DNA of 64,000 nt from Candidatus Scalinduaceae bacterium. Its GTDB lineage: Bacteria > Planctomycetota > Brocadiia > Brocadiales > Scalinduaceae. The first letter of the stretch is position 1, and every line of letters starts with the position of its first letter. The position numbers and the translations under genes were made by a program. The notes under the pieces were generated by a model. It was not told the origin of the DNA. It did not search any database and was given only the letters and a program-made list of their open reading frames with translations. The stretch is taken from positions 1 to 64,000 of the forward strand of contig JBHICG010000006.1 of NCBI GenBank assembly GCA_046759445.1. Direction: 5' to 3'. Positions 41,232 through 51,141 of the stretch are shown piece after piece.

Positions 41232-42338
41232 TTATCTACCTTTCTTTGGTTTATGGATAAAGGGTGTATTCACGATTACGGCGGGATGACTTGTACTCCT
41301 GATTTTTATGTCAATATGCCTGTCAAGTTCTGCAAATGCAACAGGAACATATCCAAGACCTATACCTATCCCCAAAGTAGGGCTAAAGGTTCCACTTGTT
41401 ACTCTACCTATAATATCATCATGATAAGATATCTCATTATTTAATCTGGGTATGGCTTTGTCAAGCATCTTAAATGCGATTAGTTTTTTCTTTAAGCCAT
41501 GTTCCCTTTGCTTTAATAATGAATCCTTGCCAATAAAGTTTACCTTGTTGAATTTTACAGTCCAGCCTATATTTGCTTCAAGCGGTGTAACTGATTCATC
41601 GATATCATTACCATAGAGGAGAAAGCCAGCCTCTAATCGTAATGTGTCTCTTGCACCCAGGCCGGCGGGTTTGAGTTCCATGTCCTTGCCTTTTTCAAGT
41701 AGCATGTTCCATAAGTGTTCACAATGCAATTGGTCGAGAAAGATTTCAAATCCATCCTCTCCTGTGTACCCGGTTCTGGATATTGTTAGTTTCATTTCAT
41801 TCTTAGTTGTTTCTGTAAATTGAAAACGTCTAAGAGATACGCATTCCTCACCAAATACTTGTTCAATTATGTGTTCAGAATTTGGTCCTTGAATTGCCAG
41901 AAGGGAGATTTGGTCACTTAAATTGTTTATGTTTGTGTCGTTTGTTTTGAGCTTTGTTATCCAATCGTTGTCTTTCTTTATGTTTGCACAGTTTACGACG
42001 AGCATGTACTTTTCAGCATTATATTTATAAACTATAATATCATCAATAATCCCTCCGTCATTATTGCATATCGGAGTGTATGTGGCTTTGTTTGTTGGTA
42101 GATTACTAACGTCATTAGCCATAATCTTTTGGATTAATTCGGTTGCTCCTTTTCCATCTACGATTATTTCTCCCATATGGGAAATATCAAAAATGCCTGC
42201 ATTATTTCTTACATTCTGATGTTCATTGATAATGCTGTCATATTGTAGAGGCATTAAAAAGTTGTGGAAGTCAACAATCCTGGCGCCAAGGTTTACGTGT
42301 ACGTCATGTAATGGTGTTTTTTTGTTGCTTTTAATCAA
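41232..42338 (-). CDS. gcvT: Glycine cleavage T protein
   Basis: FDISHMG, SRTGYTGEDGFE, ARDTLRLEAG. Confidence 0.96.
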   Translation of the reverse strand: MIKSNKKTPLHDVHVNLGARIVDFHNFLMPLQYDSIINEHQNVRNNAGIFDISHMGEIIVDGKGATELIQKIMANDVSNLPTNKATYTPICNNDGGIIDDIIVYKYNAEKYMLVVNCANIKKDNDWITKLKTNDTNINNLSDQISLLAIQGPNSEHIIEQVFGEECVSLRRFQFTETTKNEMKLTISRTGYTGEDGFEIFLDQLHCEHLWNMLLEKGKDMELKPAGLGARDTLRLEAGFLLYGNDIDESVTPLEANIGWTVKFNKVNFIGKDSLLKQREHGLKKKLIAFKMLDKAIPRLNNEISYHDDIIGRVTSGTFSPTLGIGIGLGYVPVAFAELDRHIDIKIRSTSHPAVIVNTPFIHKPKKGR

Positions 42339-42435
42339 TAGTATCCTTTTCCTTAAGGGAAAAAAAATTTACTTGTAAAGTATGAATTTTAGTAATATAT
42401 TAAAAATTATTAAGTATTTCAAAAAGAATAATTAG

Positions 42436-43017
42436 GTGCAATTTATGATACAGGAATTTAAGATTAAGAGAATCATTGTTTTTGCTGTTATATTAATTCT
42501 TATTTGCTTGATATGTATATTTATGGCAATAACATCAGTCGGAAAATATAGGGCAGAAATGATCGAATCAACAAACTTAGAACAGAAATTGAATAATATG
42601 GAACAAGATCTTAGAAATCTTGATATGAGGATCAAGGAACTTGAAATAAGAAGACAGGCTTTAAGTTTGGAGAAAGGGCAGATAAGTAAAGATTATGCAG
42701 CGCTTAAAGACAAATACACATTTCTCGGGAAAACTATTAGGACATTGGAAAGTGACGTGAATACATTACAAAAACTCATAAGTGAGAATGAGGAAATTGA
42801 AGAGGAATCTGATGAAGATACTAAAGAGATAGAGTCCCAATTAAGTCTGTTGAAAAGTCAAAACGATAAATTACTAAAAGAGCTTGCAAAGAAGACAAAA
42901 GAGAAAATGATACTGGAAATTGCCTTAAAGGCACAGGCAAAAAGATTGGGAATATCAGAGGGGTACAATCCAGAGTTAAAAGAACTATTAAAAAACTTTA
43001 CAACAAGCCTGCAGTAA
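42436..43017 (+). CDS. Membrane-anchored coiled-coil hypothetical protein
   Basis: N-terminal TM helix, then E/K/L heptad-rich region. Confidence 0.65.
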   Translation: MQFMIQEFKIKRIIVFAVILILICLICIFMAITSVGKYRAEMIESTNLEQKLNNMEQDLRNLDMRIKELEIRRQALSLEKGQISKDYAALKDKYTFLGKTIRTLESDVNTLQKLISENEEIEEESDEDTKEIESQLSLLKSQNDKLLKELAKKTKEKMILEIALKAQAKRLGISEGYNPELKELLKNFTTSLQ

Positions 43018-43308
43018 AACGTCGTTACCATTTCCCCGTAATCCGTTATATACCAATAAACAAGACACAGATTCCCGCAGACATACACGATAAAATATTA
43101 TTTCTTATCTGGAACTTCATAGCAAACCTTCATATCTTTTCAGGATACCACGAAGTATTAAAATTGTTATTATACTTCTGTAAATAGGTTTTTTGTCTCC
43201 TGTTAGAGGGAATTATTTGGGGTTGCATTATATACTATCATCTATTGTATTAAGAAAGGGGAAGAGAAAAGAAATTCCACAGATATAAATATCGAGTAAT
43301 GGAAAAAA

Positions 43309-43590
43309 TCAGTTAATGTCAGCTACTTTTACAGACAACAAAATTCTTCTATCAAACAACCTTCTTCTGTCTTTTGGGGAATGGCGAGTAGAATTAAGGT
43401 AGTATTTTCCAGATCTAAAGATTACGTTTTTCATCGCTAAATCTTTTTGGGTTTCTAAAAGAAGTCCGCTTCCATCTATTTCACAAACTAATTCATCAGA
43501 GAACTCCCACCTGTTAATTTTTTTATTTAGTCTTCCGATTCCACATGGAAAACTCAGAGGGAGTCTCAGCATTAATCTCCTTTCCTCCAT
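43309..43590 (-). CDS. Degenerate PilZ-like hypothetical protein
   Basis: EERRLMLRLPL start, EIDGSG; RBS GTAGGA. Confidence 0.45.
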   Translation of the reverse strand: MEERRLMLRLPLSFPCGIGRLNKKINRWEFSDELVCEIDGSGLLLETQKDLAMKNVIFRSGKYYLNSTRHSPKDRRRLFDRRILLSVKVADIN

Positions 43591-44073
43591 ATCCTACTTC
43601 CTCTTCTAGTATGTTTATGTAAAATAAATGACAGAAGTGCATAAAAGATCAATTTGAGAAGTTAAATATCGTTCATCTCCTTACCAATAGTGGATTTACT
43701 AACTCAAAGTTGCCAAATATTTACGTAAGTTCTTAGTTTGTATAAAATAAGGTATGTTTGTTTTTCGTTACACTAATAAAGAATAGTTGAAAGAAAATTT
43801 GTTTTATTTCTGATGTTTTTGAGGAATTTGAAAAAATGTCATGGTTAGTCTTAGACAGACTAAGCCAAACATTATAAAAAGGATACACACCAAATTAAAT
43901 ATAGACTTTCACAGGGTAAAACATGAAATAAGTATTTTTTTCTACGATTTAATCTAAAATTCTAGACTTTTGAGAATATGAGGATGGCATTGATTGGATC
44001 AAAGAGGAAGCAATTAAAAAAATCTAACAAATATGAAGAGAGATTATGGTAATGACAAAGGAGTTTGATTTTC

Positions 44074-44430
44074 CTATCTTGGTATTTCGTTAGCAGTTTT
44101 ATTTATTATTTCTTTTCCTTGTTTGCTAATGTCTGTAAACGAAGTTGCGATACCAAACATAGAAGAGTTCAGGTGTTCATCAATACGGATTATTTTTCCT
44201 ACACAATTTATGAGAGGTGTAGATTTAGAAATATCTATTTTTAAATCTAGATGTGTATTAATTCCTAAATTTTTTTTGTAATCAAAAAGCATACCTCCTT
44301 CACTCAAATTTTTCACAGTAACCATACCCCAGTCAGCGGAGACTATCCTCTGAGCAATTATAGTTCGGAACCTTGCCTTAAAAGGTTTTTCTATTCTTTT
44401 ATATTTCCTTCTTTCTAGACTATCATGCAT
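44074..44430 (-). CDS. PilZ-domain protein
   Basis: ERRKYKR and NLSEGG motifs. Confidence 0.85.
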   Translation of the reverse strand: MHDSLERRKYKRIEKPFKARFRTIIAQRIVSADWGMVTVKNLSEGGMLFDYKKNLGINTHLDLKIDISKSTPLINCVGKIIRIDEHLNSSMFGIATSFTDISKQGKEIINKTANEIPR

Positions 44431-44616
44431 AGGAAGATGTTGCCGTTTACTTTAAATTGTTCTTTAGATTGAAAGTTAAAGGTAGATTCTAATGGTGAAG
44501 AATTAATTAAACATTTCACCAATATTCAGCCACATTATTTTTTGTCAGCTCTTGCTACAATATGAATAAATGCTAATGAAATGATGCATTGAAGTCAATA
44601 AAATAGTTTCTTATTT

Positions 44617-45429
44617 CTATGACTTTCTTTTTAGAAATCTTATCGGTAATGTCAAACATAAAATGATAAAGAGGATTGCGACTATACAGGGTGATGTTGG
44701 GAGGTCAAAATTATATGAGAAAAGAAATCCTGTGAATGCAGATATTATGCCAGCGGTTATGGCTATGATAAAGACGTTCTTCATCCTATTTGCGATGAGT
44801 AATCCAATCACAGCAGGGATGGTTAAGAACGACGTAATAAGCAGGTTTCCGGCAGTTCGTATCCCGATAGAGATAGCAGCGCCAATTGTTAGGTAAAGCA
44901 TAAGTTCCCATAACCTTGCCCTCATACCAGAAGCTCTTGCCATCTCAAAATCGAGTGTGATTGATGCAAGTTCCTTGTAAAAAAGGAAATGTGCGATGAA
45001 GATGCATGTAACAATAATAGCCATCAAATATATTTGATACGGAGTTACTGCTAGTACATTCCCAAAGAGCAAATCGTCAATTTCGTGTATGCCTTTTGCA
45101 CTTTTAGAGACTAGAAGGATTGTTGCGGCACTTGCCACGACGAAGCCTATACCTATTATACTTTCATTTGATAATCGCCTTTCTTCGAACCTCGTGGAAA
45201 ATATAGCAACCCCCAGGAACGTAAACAATAAAGAAATGAGTGTAGGGTTCGTACCAGTTATAAAGGCTACTGCTATTCCAGCAGATGAGACCTGTGTTAC
45301 CGCTACACTGACAAAGACAATCCTCTTCAGTACAACGTAAACGCTTAGATAAGAACACACTAAAGCCACAAGCAGCGAACACAGAATGGAATATTTGAAA
45401 AATTCTAAATTAGTGAGAAAATTTTCCAT
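44617..45429 (-). CDS. Zn/Mn ABC transporter permease
   Basis: ZnuB/MntB-type hydrophobic protein; LLFGNVL. Confidence 0.9.
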   Translation of the reverse strand: MENFLTNLEFFKYSILCSLLVALVCSYLSVYVVLKRIVFVSVAVTQVSSAGIAVAFITGTNPTLISLLFTFLGVAIFSTRFEERRLSNESIIGIGFVVASAATILLVSKSAKGIHEIDDLLFGNVLAVTPYQIYLMAIIVTCIFIAHFLFYKELASITLDFEMARASGMRARLWELMLYLTIGAAISIGIRTAGNLLITSFLTIPAVIGLLIANRMKNVFIIAITAGIISAFTGFLFSYNFDLPTSPCIVAILFIILCLTLPIRFLKRKS

Positions 45430-46177
45430 TTAATCTTGAAGTAATTACTTTTTGTCCCGAAATATTAGTCATCTTAACCCGTACTCCGTATACCTTTAAC
45501 ATCATCTCTTCGGTAAGTATTGTATCAACAGGCCCTAAACTTAAAGTGCCTTTGTCAATAATAGCAAGTGTCTTCACATAGTTGGCTACTACGTTGAGGT
45601 CATGGCTGACTAATATAACGGTGAGTGGATATTTATCGTGTAGATCCTTTACAAGTTTCATTATTGCCCACTCTCCATGAATATCCATTCCTTCAACGGG
45701 TTCATCAAGTAGTAGTATACTTGGTTTACCTACCATTGCCCTTGCAATCAATGTCCGTTGTTTTTGTCCGCCCGAGAGTTCTCTGTAATTTTTATATGCC
45801 AAATTCTCTATTCCAACGTTTTTTAACATTTCCTTGGCGATTTCATAATCCTTTCTTTTTGGTCTTTTAAAAAGTCCTATTCTTCCATATCTTCCCATAA
45901 TGACCATTTCCAGTACCGTAATAGGAAAAAGTTCGTCTACAAAGGCGTGTTGGGGAACATAACCAATTCTCCTTTCATGCCTCTGTTCATTATTGCTAAA
46001 TGTAATTCTTCCTTTCAAGGGTCTTAATAATCCCAGGATTGCCTTTAAGAGAGTGGTTTTTCCAGAGCCGTTGGGTCCAACTATTCCAAAAAAATCTGCA
46101 TTCTCTATGCTGAAATTTAGAGAAGTAAGCACTGGTTTTTTACCATAACCAAGATGTACGTTGTCAAATTCAATCAT
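45410..46177 (-). CDS. Zn/Mn ABC transporter ATPase
   Basis: GPNGSGKT, IGYVPQ, LSGGQ, LLDEP, VSHD. Confidence 0.93.
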   Translation of the reverse strand: MIEFDNVHLGYGKKPVLTSLNFSIENADFFGIVGPNGSGKTTLLKAILGLLRPLKGRITFSNNEQRHERRIGYVPQHAFVDELFPITVLEMVIMGRYGRIGLFKRPKRKDYEIAKEMLKNVGIENLAYKNYRELSGGQKQRTLIARAMVGKPSILLLDEPVEGMDIHGEWAIMKLVKDLHDKYPLTVILVSHDLNVVANYVKTLAIIDKGTLSLGPVDTILTEEMMLKVYGVRVKMTNISGQKVITSRLNGKFSH

Positions 46178-47150
46178 TGGGGTTTATTCCTAGTTCTACA
46201 TATGTATTTACTAGCTTATCGATAATAAAATCAAAGAGGGCGAAATAATCTTTGATTCCACTTATTCCTTCAACTGAAGTAGGTAGCGTTAATACCCTGG
46301 CGCCAGTCTTTGAGGAAATAAATTCTGGCACTTTGTTCTCATAATACGGTTCCTTGATTATTAGCTTAATGTTTTCTATTCTCATCATCATAATAAGATT
46401 TTTAATGTGAGAGGGGGAGGGTGGTATTCCGGGTTTTGGCTCAATATATTCTACCACCTTGAATCCAAATCTCTTCGTTAAATTTGGCCATGTCTTGTGA
46501 TAGGCGATCACGTTAGTATTAGTATAAGGCTTTATTTTTTCTAACCACTTAACCAGAGATGCATCTATTTTTTTATCAAAGAGTCTTTTATTGTCCTCGA
46601 AATAATTTGCGTTTTCTGGTGAGATCTTTTTTAAGCCTTTTAGAATGTTTTGTGCGATTTTCTTGCCGTTGAGAGGGTCCAGCCAGTAATGCGGATTTCC
46701 AAATACATGGATGTCTCCCATTGCCCTGGTGATCCTCGTCTGTGGTATTTGTAGCAATTCAACACCTACTGAGGCATCAACGTATCCTGGAGAACCATAC
46801 CTTATCCGTGGATTCCTTGCACCATCTTCAAGTAGTTGTGCCCAAAGCTCAAGATCCAAACCAACTTTAATAAATAGGTCAGCTTTATTGAGCTTTAGCA
46901 TGTAACTTGGTTTTGGATCAACTATGTGAGGGTTTTGATATCCCTTTGTAATGCTATCCACCTTAACCTTATTGCCACCAATATACTCGGCAATAGATTT
47001 TAAATCCGTGGATGTGGTTATAACTATTATTTTCTTTGCAAATGCAGAGCTGGAGTTTAGGACAAACAATGGTAAAATTGCCGAGAAAAAAACAATTATT
47101 GTCCACATCGAAACTTTTTTCTTAAACATTTGTTTTCTCCATATATGCAA
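46170..47150 (-). CDS. Zn/Mn ABC transporter substrate-binding protein
   Basis: NPH, GDIH..GNPHYWLDP, YH; start may be ATG 47129. Confidence 0.9.
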   Translation of the reverse strand: MHIWRKQMFKKKVSMWTIIVFFSAILPLFVLNSSSAFAKKIIVITTSTDLKSIAEYIGGNKVKVDSITKGYQNPHIVDPKPSYMLKLNKADLFIKVGLDLELWAQLLEDGARNPRIRYGSPGYVDASVGVELLQIPQTRITRAMGDIHVFGNPHYWLDPLNGKKIAQNILKGLKKISPENANYFEDNKRLFDKKIDASLVKWLEKIKPYTNTNVIAYHKTWPNLTKRFGFKVVEYIEPKPGIPPSPSHIKNLIMMMRIENIKLIIKEPYYENKVPEFISSKTGARVLTLPTSVEGISGIKDYFALFDFIIDKLVNTYVELGINPND

Positions 47151-48518
47151 TTAAAACGGGTGTGGCCTGTGCGTACCCAGGGTAAATGTTGCCTGTAATG
47201 TTAATGCGTTATCCCCTTCTTCTATAGGCGTAACAACGGAGTTTCTCTCAGAATGCATATATTCCAATCTCAAACGCATAAATTCACTTTGCCAGAAGGT
47301 CAGGTATGGAGAGATTGACCATTCACTGTCCTTGCTATTCGTTGGAAACTGCGAGTAATCAAATCTTAGTCCGGCAAAGAGCCTGCGTGTAAGCTGATAT
47401 TCACTAAATGTGTAAAAACCGTAACCATCAATATCTTTAACGTCTATAATAGCACCCGTGGCATCAAAACTGCCTAATTCTCTCTGACTTGCAAAGAGTT
47501 CAGTTTGCCAGATGAATGATTTATAAAGTTTCTTACCTGGAGGTCTCCATCTAAATGTAAGATCAATGCCTTCCATTGTGTGCCTGAAATTCCTTTTCGT
47601 AATCGTTGTTTTTTCTATATCGCTTATATCTCGTGTTTGAAAGCTTAATCCCAGCTCAAGATTAGAGCTATCTGTGATATCAAAATAATTCCTGAGATGC
47701 GCCAGATATATTTGATCCTTACCTTTAATACCTTCATCTGAAGGAGTGAGGATTTCAAAAGTTAACTCAGAGTATATGTCCCATGGGTTTGGCATAATCT
47801 TGCTTATTGATATCCCTGGCTCTTTTTGACCTTCTTCACCCAAAAAATTCTTTATTGGTTTTGGGTAATCAACCTGGGAAATCTCTGGTCTATGGGTCTT
47901 GTTTATTTTTCCAAAACTTGTTCTAAAGATGCCTGCCTTTGCCTGTAACCCCCACGGTAAGGTAAGCAGTGTTACGTATCCTTCTTCAATGCTTGGAGCG
48001 CCTCCGTCTTCGGATGAAAAGAAGAAATCTGCACGAGCATAGGGGTCCAATACACCCTGTAAGCCCAATTCTACTTCCCTCAAGCTTATGCTATCTGCAA
48101 ATTCATTTTCAGTGAATGGGTTATTTGCGCGTCCTTCATCGATGCTTTTTCCGGGCCAGGTAATATTACCAACGGTATCACCAATAACACTGATATCTGG
48201 TAACAACATTTGCCACATCCCACCACCTGTACGCCCGGACACATAAGAGATTATGGATTTTTCATTATTTTCTTCCATTAACAATTCCAGCTCTTTTTCC
48301 AAAACTTCGTCGTTTTCTGTTTTGGTATTTTTTGACTCAAGTTTTGCAATCTTATTTTCCAACTCATTAATTTTCACATCATATTCTCTTTTCATGTCCT
48401 CAATCAGAATCTGAAGATTATGGATTCTTTGGTCAGTTGTGTCCTGATTTGCCAGAACGATTTTGGGCATAGAGAAAGCGAAAATAAGACAAATCATGTA
48501 AATGTATAGTTTTCTCAT
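47151..48518 (-). CDS. Outer-membrane beta-barrel protein of the metal-uptake operon
   Basis: Signal peptide, coiled coil, EVELG...LDPY, C-terminal G.H.PHPF; directly upstream of the ABC genes. Confidence 0.7.
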   Translation of the reverse strand: MRKLYIYMICLIFAFSMPKIVLANQDTTDQRIHNLQILIEDMKREYDVKINELENKIAKLESKNTKTENDEVLEKELELLMEENNEKSIISYVSGRTGGGMWQMLLPDISVIGDTVGNITWPGKSIDEGRANNPFTENEFADSISLREVELGLQGVLDPYARADFFFSSEDGGAPSIEEGYVTLLTLPWGLQAKAGIFRTSFGKINKTHRPEISQVDYPKPIKNFLGEEGQKEPGISISKIMPNPWDIYSELTFEILTPSDEGIKGKDQIYLAHLRNYFDITDSSNLELGLSFQTRDISDIEKTTITKRNFRHTMEGIDLTFRWRPPGKKLYKSFIWQTELFASQRELGSFDATGAIIDVKDIDGYGFYTFSEYQLTRRLFAGLRFDYSQFPTNSKDSEWSISPYLTFWQSEFMRLRLEYMHSERNSVVTPIEEGDNALTLQATFTLGTHRPHPF

Positions 48519-48649
48519 ATTAATCCTCCATCCTCATATAATACTTGACGGTATACGAGATTCTTTTATGAAATGAATACTTATCAGTTTAAGTCCAATG
48601 GATGTAAATAGTAAGTGAGAAGTATCTTAGCAGTCTTATACGTGATTAA

Positions 48650-49045
48650 TTAAGAAATGGTTGATGGTGGGCTGCGTGGATTGTTTATGCTTGCTTTGGA
48701 GGAGAAGTAAACCAGTTGATCATATTTAAAGGACCTGGATGCATCCGGTATTATGTGTGATTTGTTTGGAGATATTTGAAACCTTTTAGGCGTATTCTTG
48801 AGCCATTTGCATATACTGCATTCGTCTGCGCTGTGGTCGTTGTAGCAGAGAATTGGTTTCTTGTTGCACGTATTATTACCATTTAAATCAGTTTTCTCTG
48901 GATGATTGCTATCAGAATAGTGTGTGTGATATGCCGTCTCATCGAATGCATGGAATCCACCCGCAGTTATGCAAAGAATGAAGTAGGGAACCAGTACTAA
49001 TATGGATAACTTTTTAAAGCGTTGTTTTGACTTGAAAGTGTACAT
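48650..49045 (-). CDS. DUF2946-like His/Cys-rich leader protein with CxxC and C-terminal RSPP
   Basis: N-terminal hydrophobic segment, His-rich, CSIC, PRSPP close to the stop. Confidence 0.7.
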   Translation of the reverse strand: MYTFKSKQRFKKLSILVLVPYFILCITAGGFHAFDETAYHTHYSDSNHPEKTDLNGNNTCNKKPILCYNDHSADECSICKWLKNTPKRFQISPNKSHIIPDASRSFKYDQLVYFSSKASINNPRSPPSTIS

Positions 49046-49139
49046 AACATAAACTACAATGTCGTTTACATTTATATATATGCTATTTAAGGTAATATAT
49101 TTTTTTTATTTGTCAAACACTTTCTAAAATAATTTTAAA

Positions 49140-49285
49140 GGGGTATGCACTTGACTGACCTGAAATTTCCATAAGATATTGATCATGCATAAATTAATGG
49201 TAATAATTGGACAATCGGCCTAAAAACACCTTAACTTTTTTTTCAAGTGCTTACGATTTAATTGGGTCAGTCAAGTGCATACCCC
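49140..49285. mobile_element. MITE with perfect 21-bp terminal inverted repeats
   Basis: GGGGTATGCACTTGACTGACC at 49140-49160 and its reverse complement at 49265-49285; flanking direct repeat TAATTTTAAA at 49130 and 49288. Confidence 0.85.
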
Positions 49286-49296
49286 CGTAATTTTAA

Positions 49297-49959
49297 ATGG
49301 AACAGGAAGAAACAAATATCAGGCTTAAAGTAAGGCATATATGTAATGAACTAAAAGAGCATTTGCCGTTTACGGTTATTAGTTCGATTGCAGCCATCAT
49401 CCTTGTTGGAATAATGACGGTATTAGAGTTCACGTTAAAAGAAGACCTTATTACACAGGGTTCTCAAAGATTATTCCACATCTTCCATCCAGTCCATATA
49501 CTTTTTAGCGCAACTGCTACTTCTGCAATGTTTTGGCATTATGAAAAGAGGTTAATAAAGGCTGTTATTCTTGGCCTTACGGGTTCTATCCTGGCATGTG
49601 GGATTAGCGACGTAATTATCCCATTTTGTTCTGGTTTTGTTCTCGGCAGGAGCTTTGAATTTCATATGTGCATTATGGATCATCCATTGATAGTCTTGCC
49701 ATTTGTAACCATGGGGATTTTTATTGGACTCATAGCGATGGAGAAGGTTGAAAAAACAACCTTTTATTCTCACTCGGGCCATGTCTTTGTGAGCAGTATG
49801 GCTTCCTTGCTCTATCTCATCTCGTTTGGGTTGGTGGATTGGTTTAATTATGTGGGAAGTGTATTCATCATCATCATAATAGCCGTAATCATACCATGCT
49901 GTACGAGTGATATTATCTTTCCTTTATTATTTGCAAAAGAGGGAAAGTGCAGAGAGTAA
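49297..49959 (+). CDS. His-rich integral membrane protein of unknown function
   Basis: Multiple TM segments; HIFHPVH, HSGH, CCTSD. Confidence 0.7.
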   Translation: MEQEETNIRLKVRHICNELKEHLPFTVISSIAAIILVGIMTVLEFTLKEDLITQGSQRLFHIFHPVHILFSATATSAMFWHYEKRLIKAVILGLTGSILACGISDVIIPFCSGFVLGRSFEFHMCIMDHPLIVLPFVTMGIFIGLIAMEKVEKTTFYSHSGHVFVSSMASLLYLISFGLVDWFNYVGSVFIIIIIAVIIPCCTSDIIFPLLFAKEGKCRE

Positions 49960-49975
49960 TAAATACGGGAAGTGT
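49896..49975 (+). repeat. 80-bp direct repeat, copy 1 (gene 3' end)
   Basis: 75/80 identical to 51062-51141. Confidence 0.9.
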
Positions 49976-50002
49976 TGTCCCTGTTTTCCACTGTTTTCCA
50001 GT

Positions 50003-50350
50003 TCAAAGTGGTAAATATTGAATTCTATTCAGTAAGTCTTCAGGGCCGCCCGCTTTTGCAATGATCTCCAAATCGCGAACGCAAGATCCAATTGAAACAC
50101 GTAATTGGTGAGCATAGATAATACCGTGGAAAGATGCACCAGTTCTTTACCGCTTTGTTGCTTCTTGCAGTAGATTATAATCTCTGGTGAATAACACACG
50201 CCCCAATTCACTTGCACGATCTAGTAGTTCTGGATCATTCACATCAGTTGCGCCGTCTTCAAAGGCGGTGATAATGTTCACCCCACGTGCTCTTAGTCCG
50301 TCCGTTATCGCGCGAGGCACATTATGATCCATGTAAAGTTAGATTGCCAT
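50003..50350 (-). pseudogene. DUF5615 PIN-like toxin with two in-frame TAA stops
   Basis: MAI*LYMDHNVP...ATKR*RTGASFHGIIYAHQ...IQYLPL*. Confidence 0.8.
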
Positions 50351-50664
50351 TATATTAGCTTCTTGGCTTTTAGTCTGGCAACAAGTGGCGTTGGTTTTGT
50401 TGCTTTTCTCATTTGATCCACTTGCTTTAATTGTTGTTCAATTTCTTGATCAAGCTCTTTCTGATGATCAGAGTAGTAAGCCAAGGCTGAGTATATTTGG
50501 CCTAATGTGAGATGAAGGTGTTGATATTGGAGCTCTTCGGGGCTCCAACCATAGGCAATCTTATCGAGGATGAGTTCAATTACTTTCATTTTAGTACCCA
50601 CAATAATCGGTACTTTTTCTTCATTGATGATGATGTGTTGGTATTTTGTTTCACCGATTGGTAT
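50350..50664 (-). pseudogene. DUF433 antitoxin with ATA at the expected start
   Basis: Frame extends to ATA 50664 after the GGGAG RBS; P.IVGTKMKV, LTLGQIYSALAYY. Confidence 0.65.
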
Positions 50665-50849
50665 TTATAAACTCCCTGAATGTGTTAAATACTATTCTGT
50701 CCCACTACACATCAACTAACTTACACGTTGAAATTATAATTTGCAAGGAAAATTGAATCTATAAGTTCAATTAAAAGTATTGACCAGAAAAACTGTCTGA
50801 ATATTTCAAGATTTGCCAGTAGAAGTTACAAGGTTTTTAATTATTATTT

Positions 50850-51030
50850 TTATTGTTTTCTCTCAACTCGTTTGATAGTGCGTATTATGGTAAAGTAGTG
50901 AACACCTAAATATTCTGCAGTCTCATTCAATGTATAGCCATAACTAACATATGCTTTGTAAATGATTTTATCCTTCATTTTTCGTCCTTATATTTATCTT
51001 CTGGAAGTAATTTGTCAAATGTTGGCAAAA
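50850..51030 (-). pseudogene. C-terminal HTH remnant of a RAYT/Y1-type transposase
   Basis: Manual translation LPTFDKLLPEDKYKDEK / frameshift / MKDKIIYKAYVSYGYTLNETAEYLGVHYFTIIRTIKR; family call from recollection. Confidence 0.55.
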
Positions 51031-51061
51031 TATTTGTGGTATTGCAAGACTTTATAATCCA

Positions 51062-51141
51062 ATGTTGTACCAGTGATATTATCTTTCCTTTGCTTTTTGC
51101 AAAAGAGGGAAAGTGCAGAGAGTAATAAATACGGGAAGTGT
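51062..51141 (+). repeat. 80-bp direct repeat, copy 2
   Basis: Encodes the same CCTSDIIFPLLFAKEGKCRE* peptide as copy 1. Confidence 0.9.

Noticed and set aside
50003..50350. Stop-codon reassignment or readthrough
   Set aside because: TAA terminates many intact genes here; pseudogenisation is simpler
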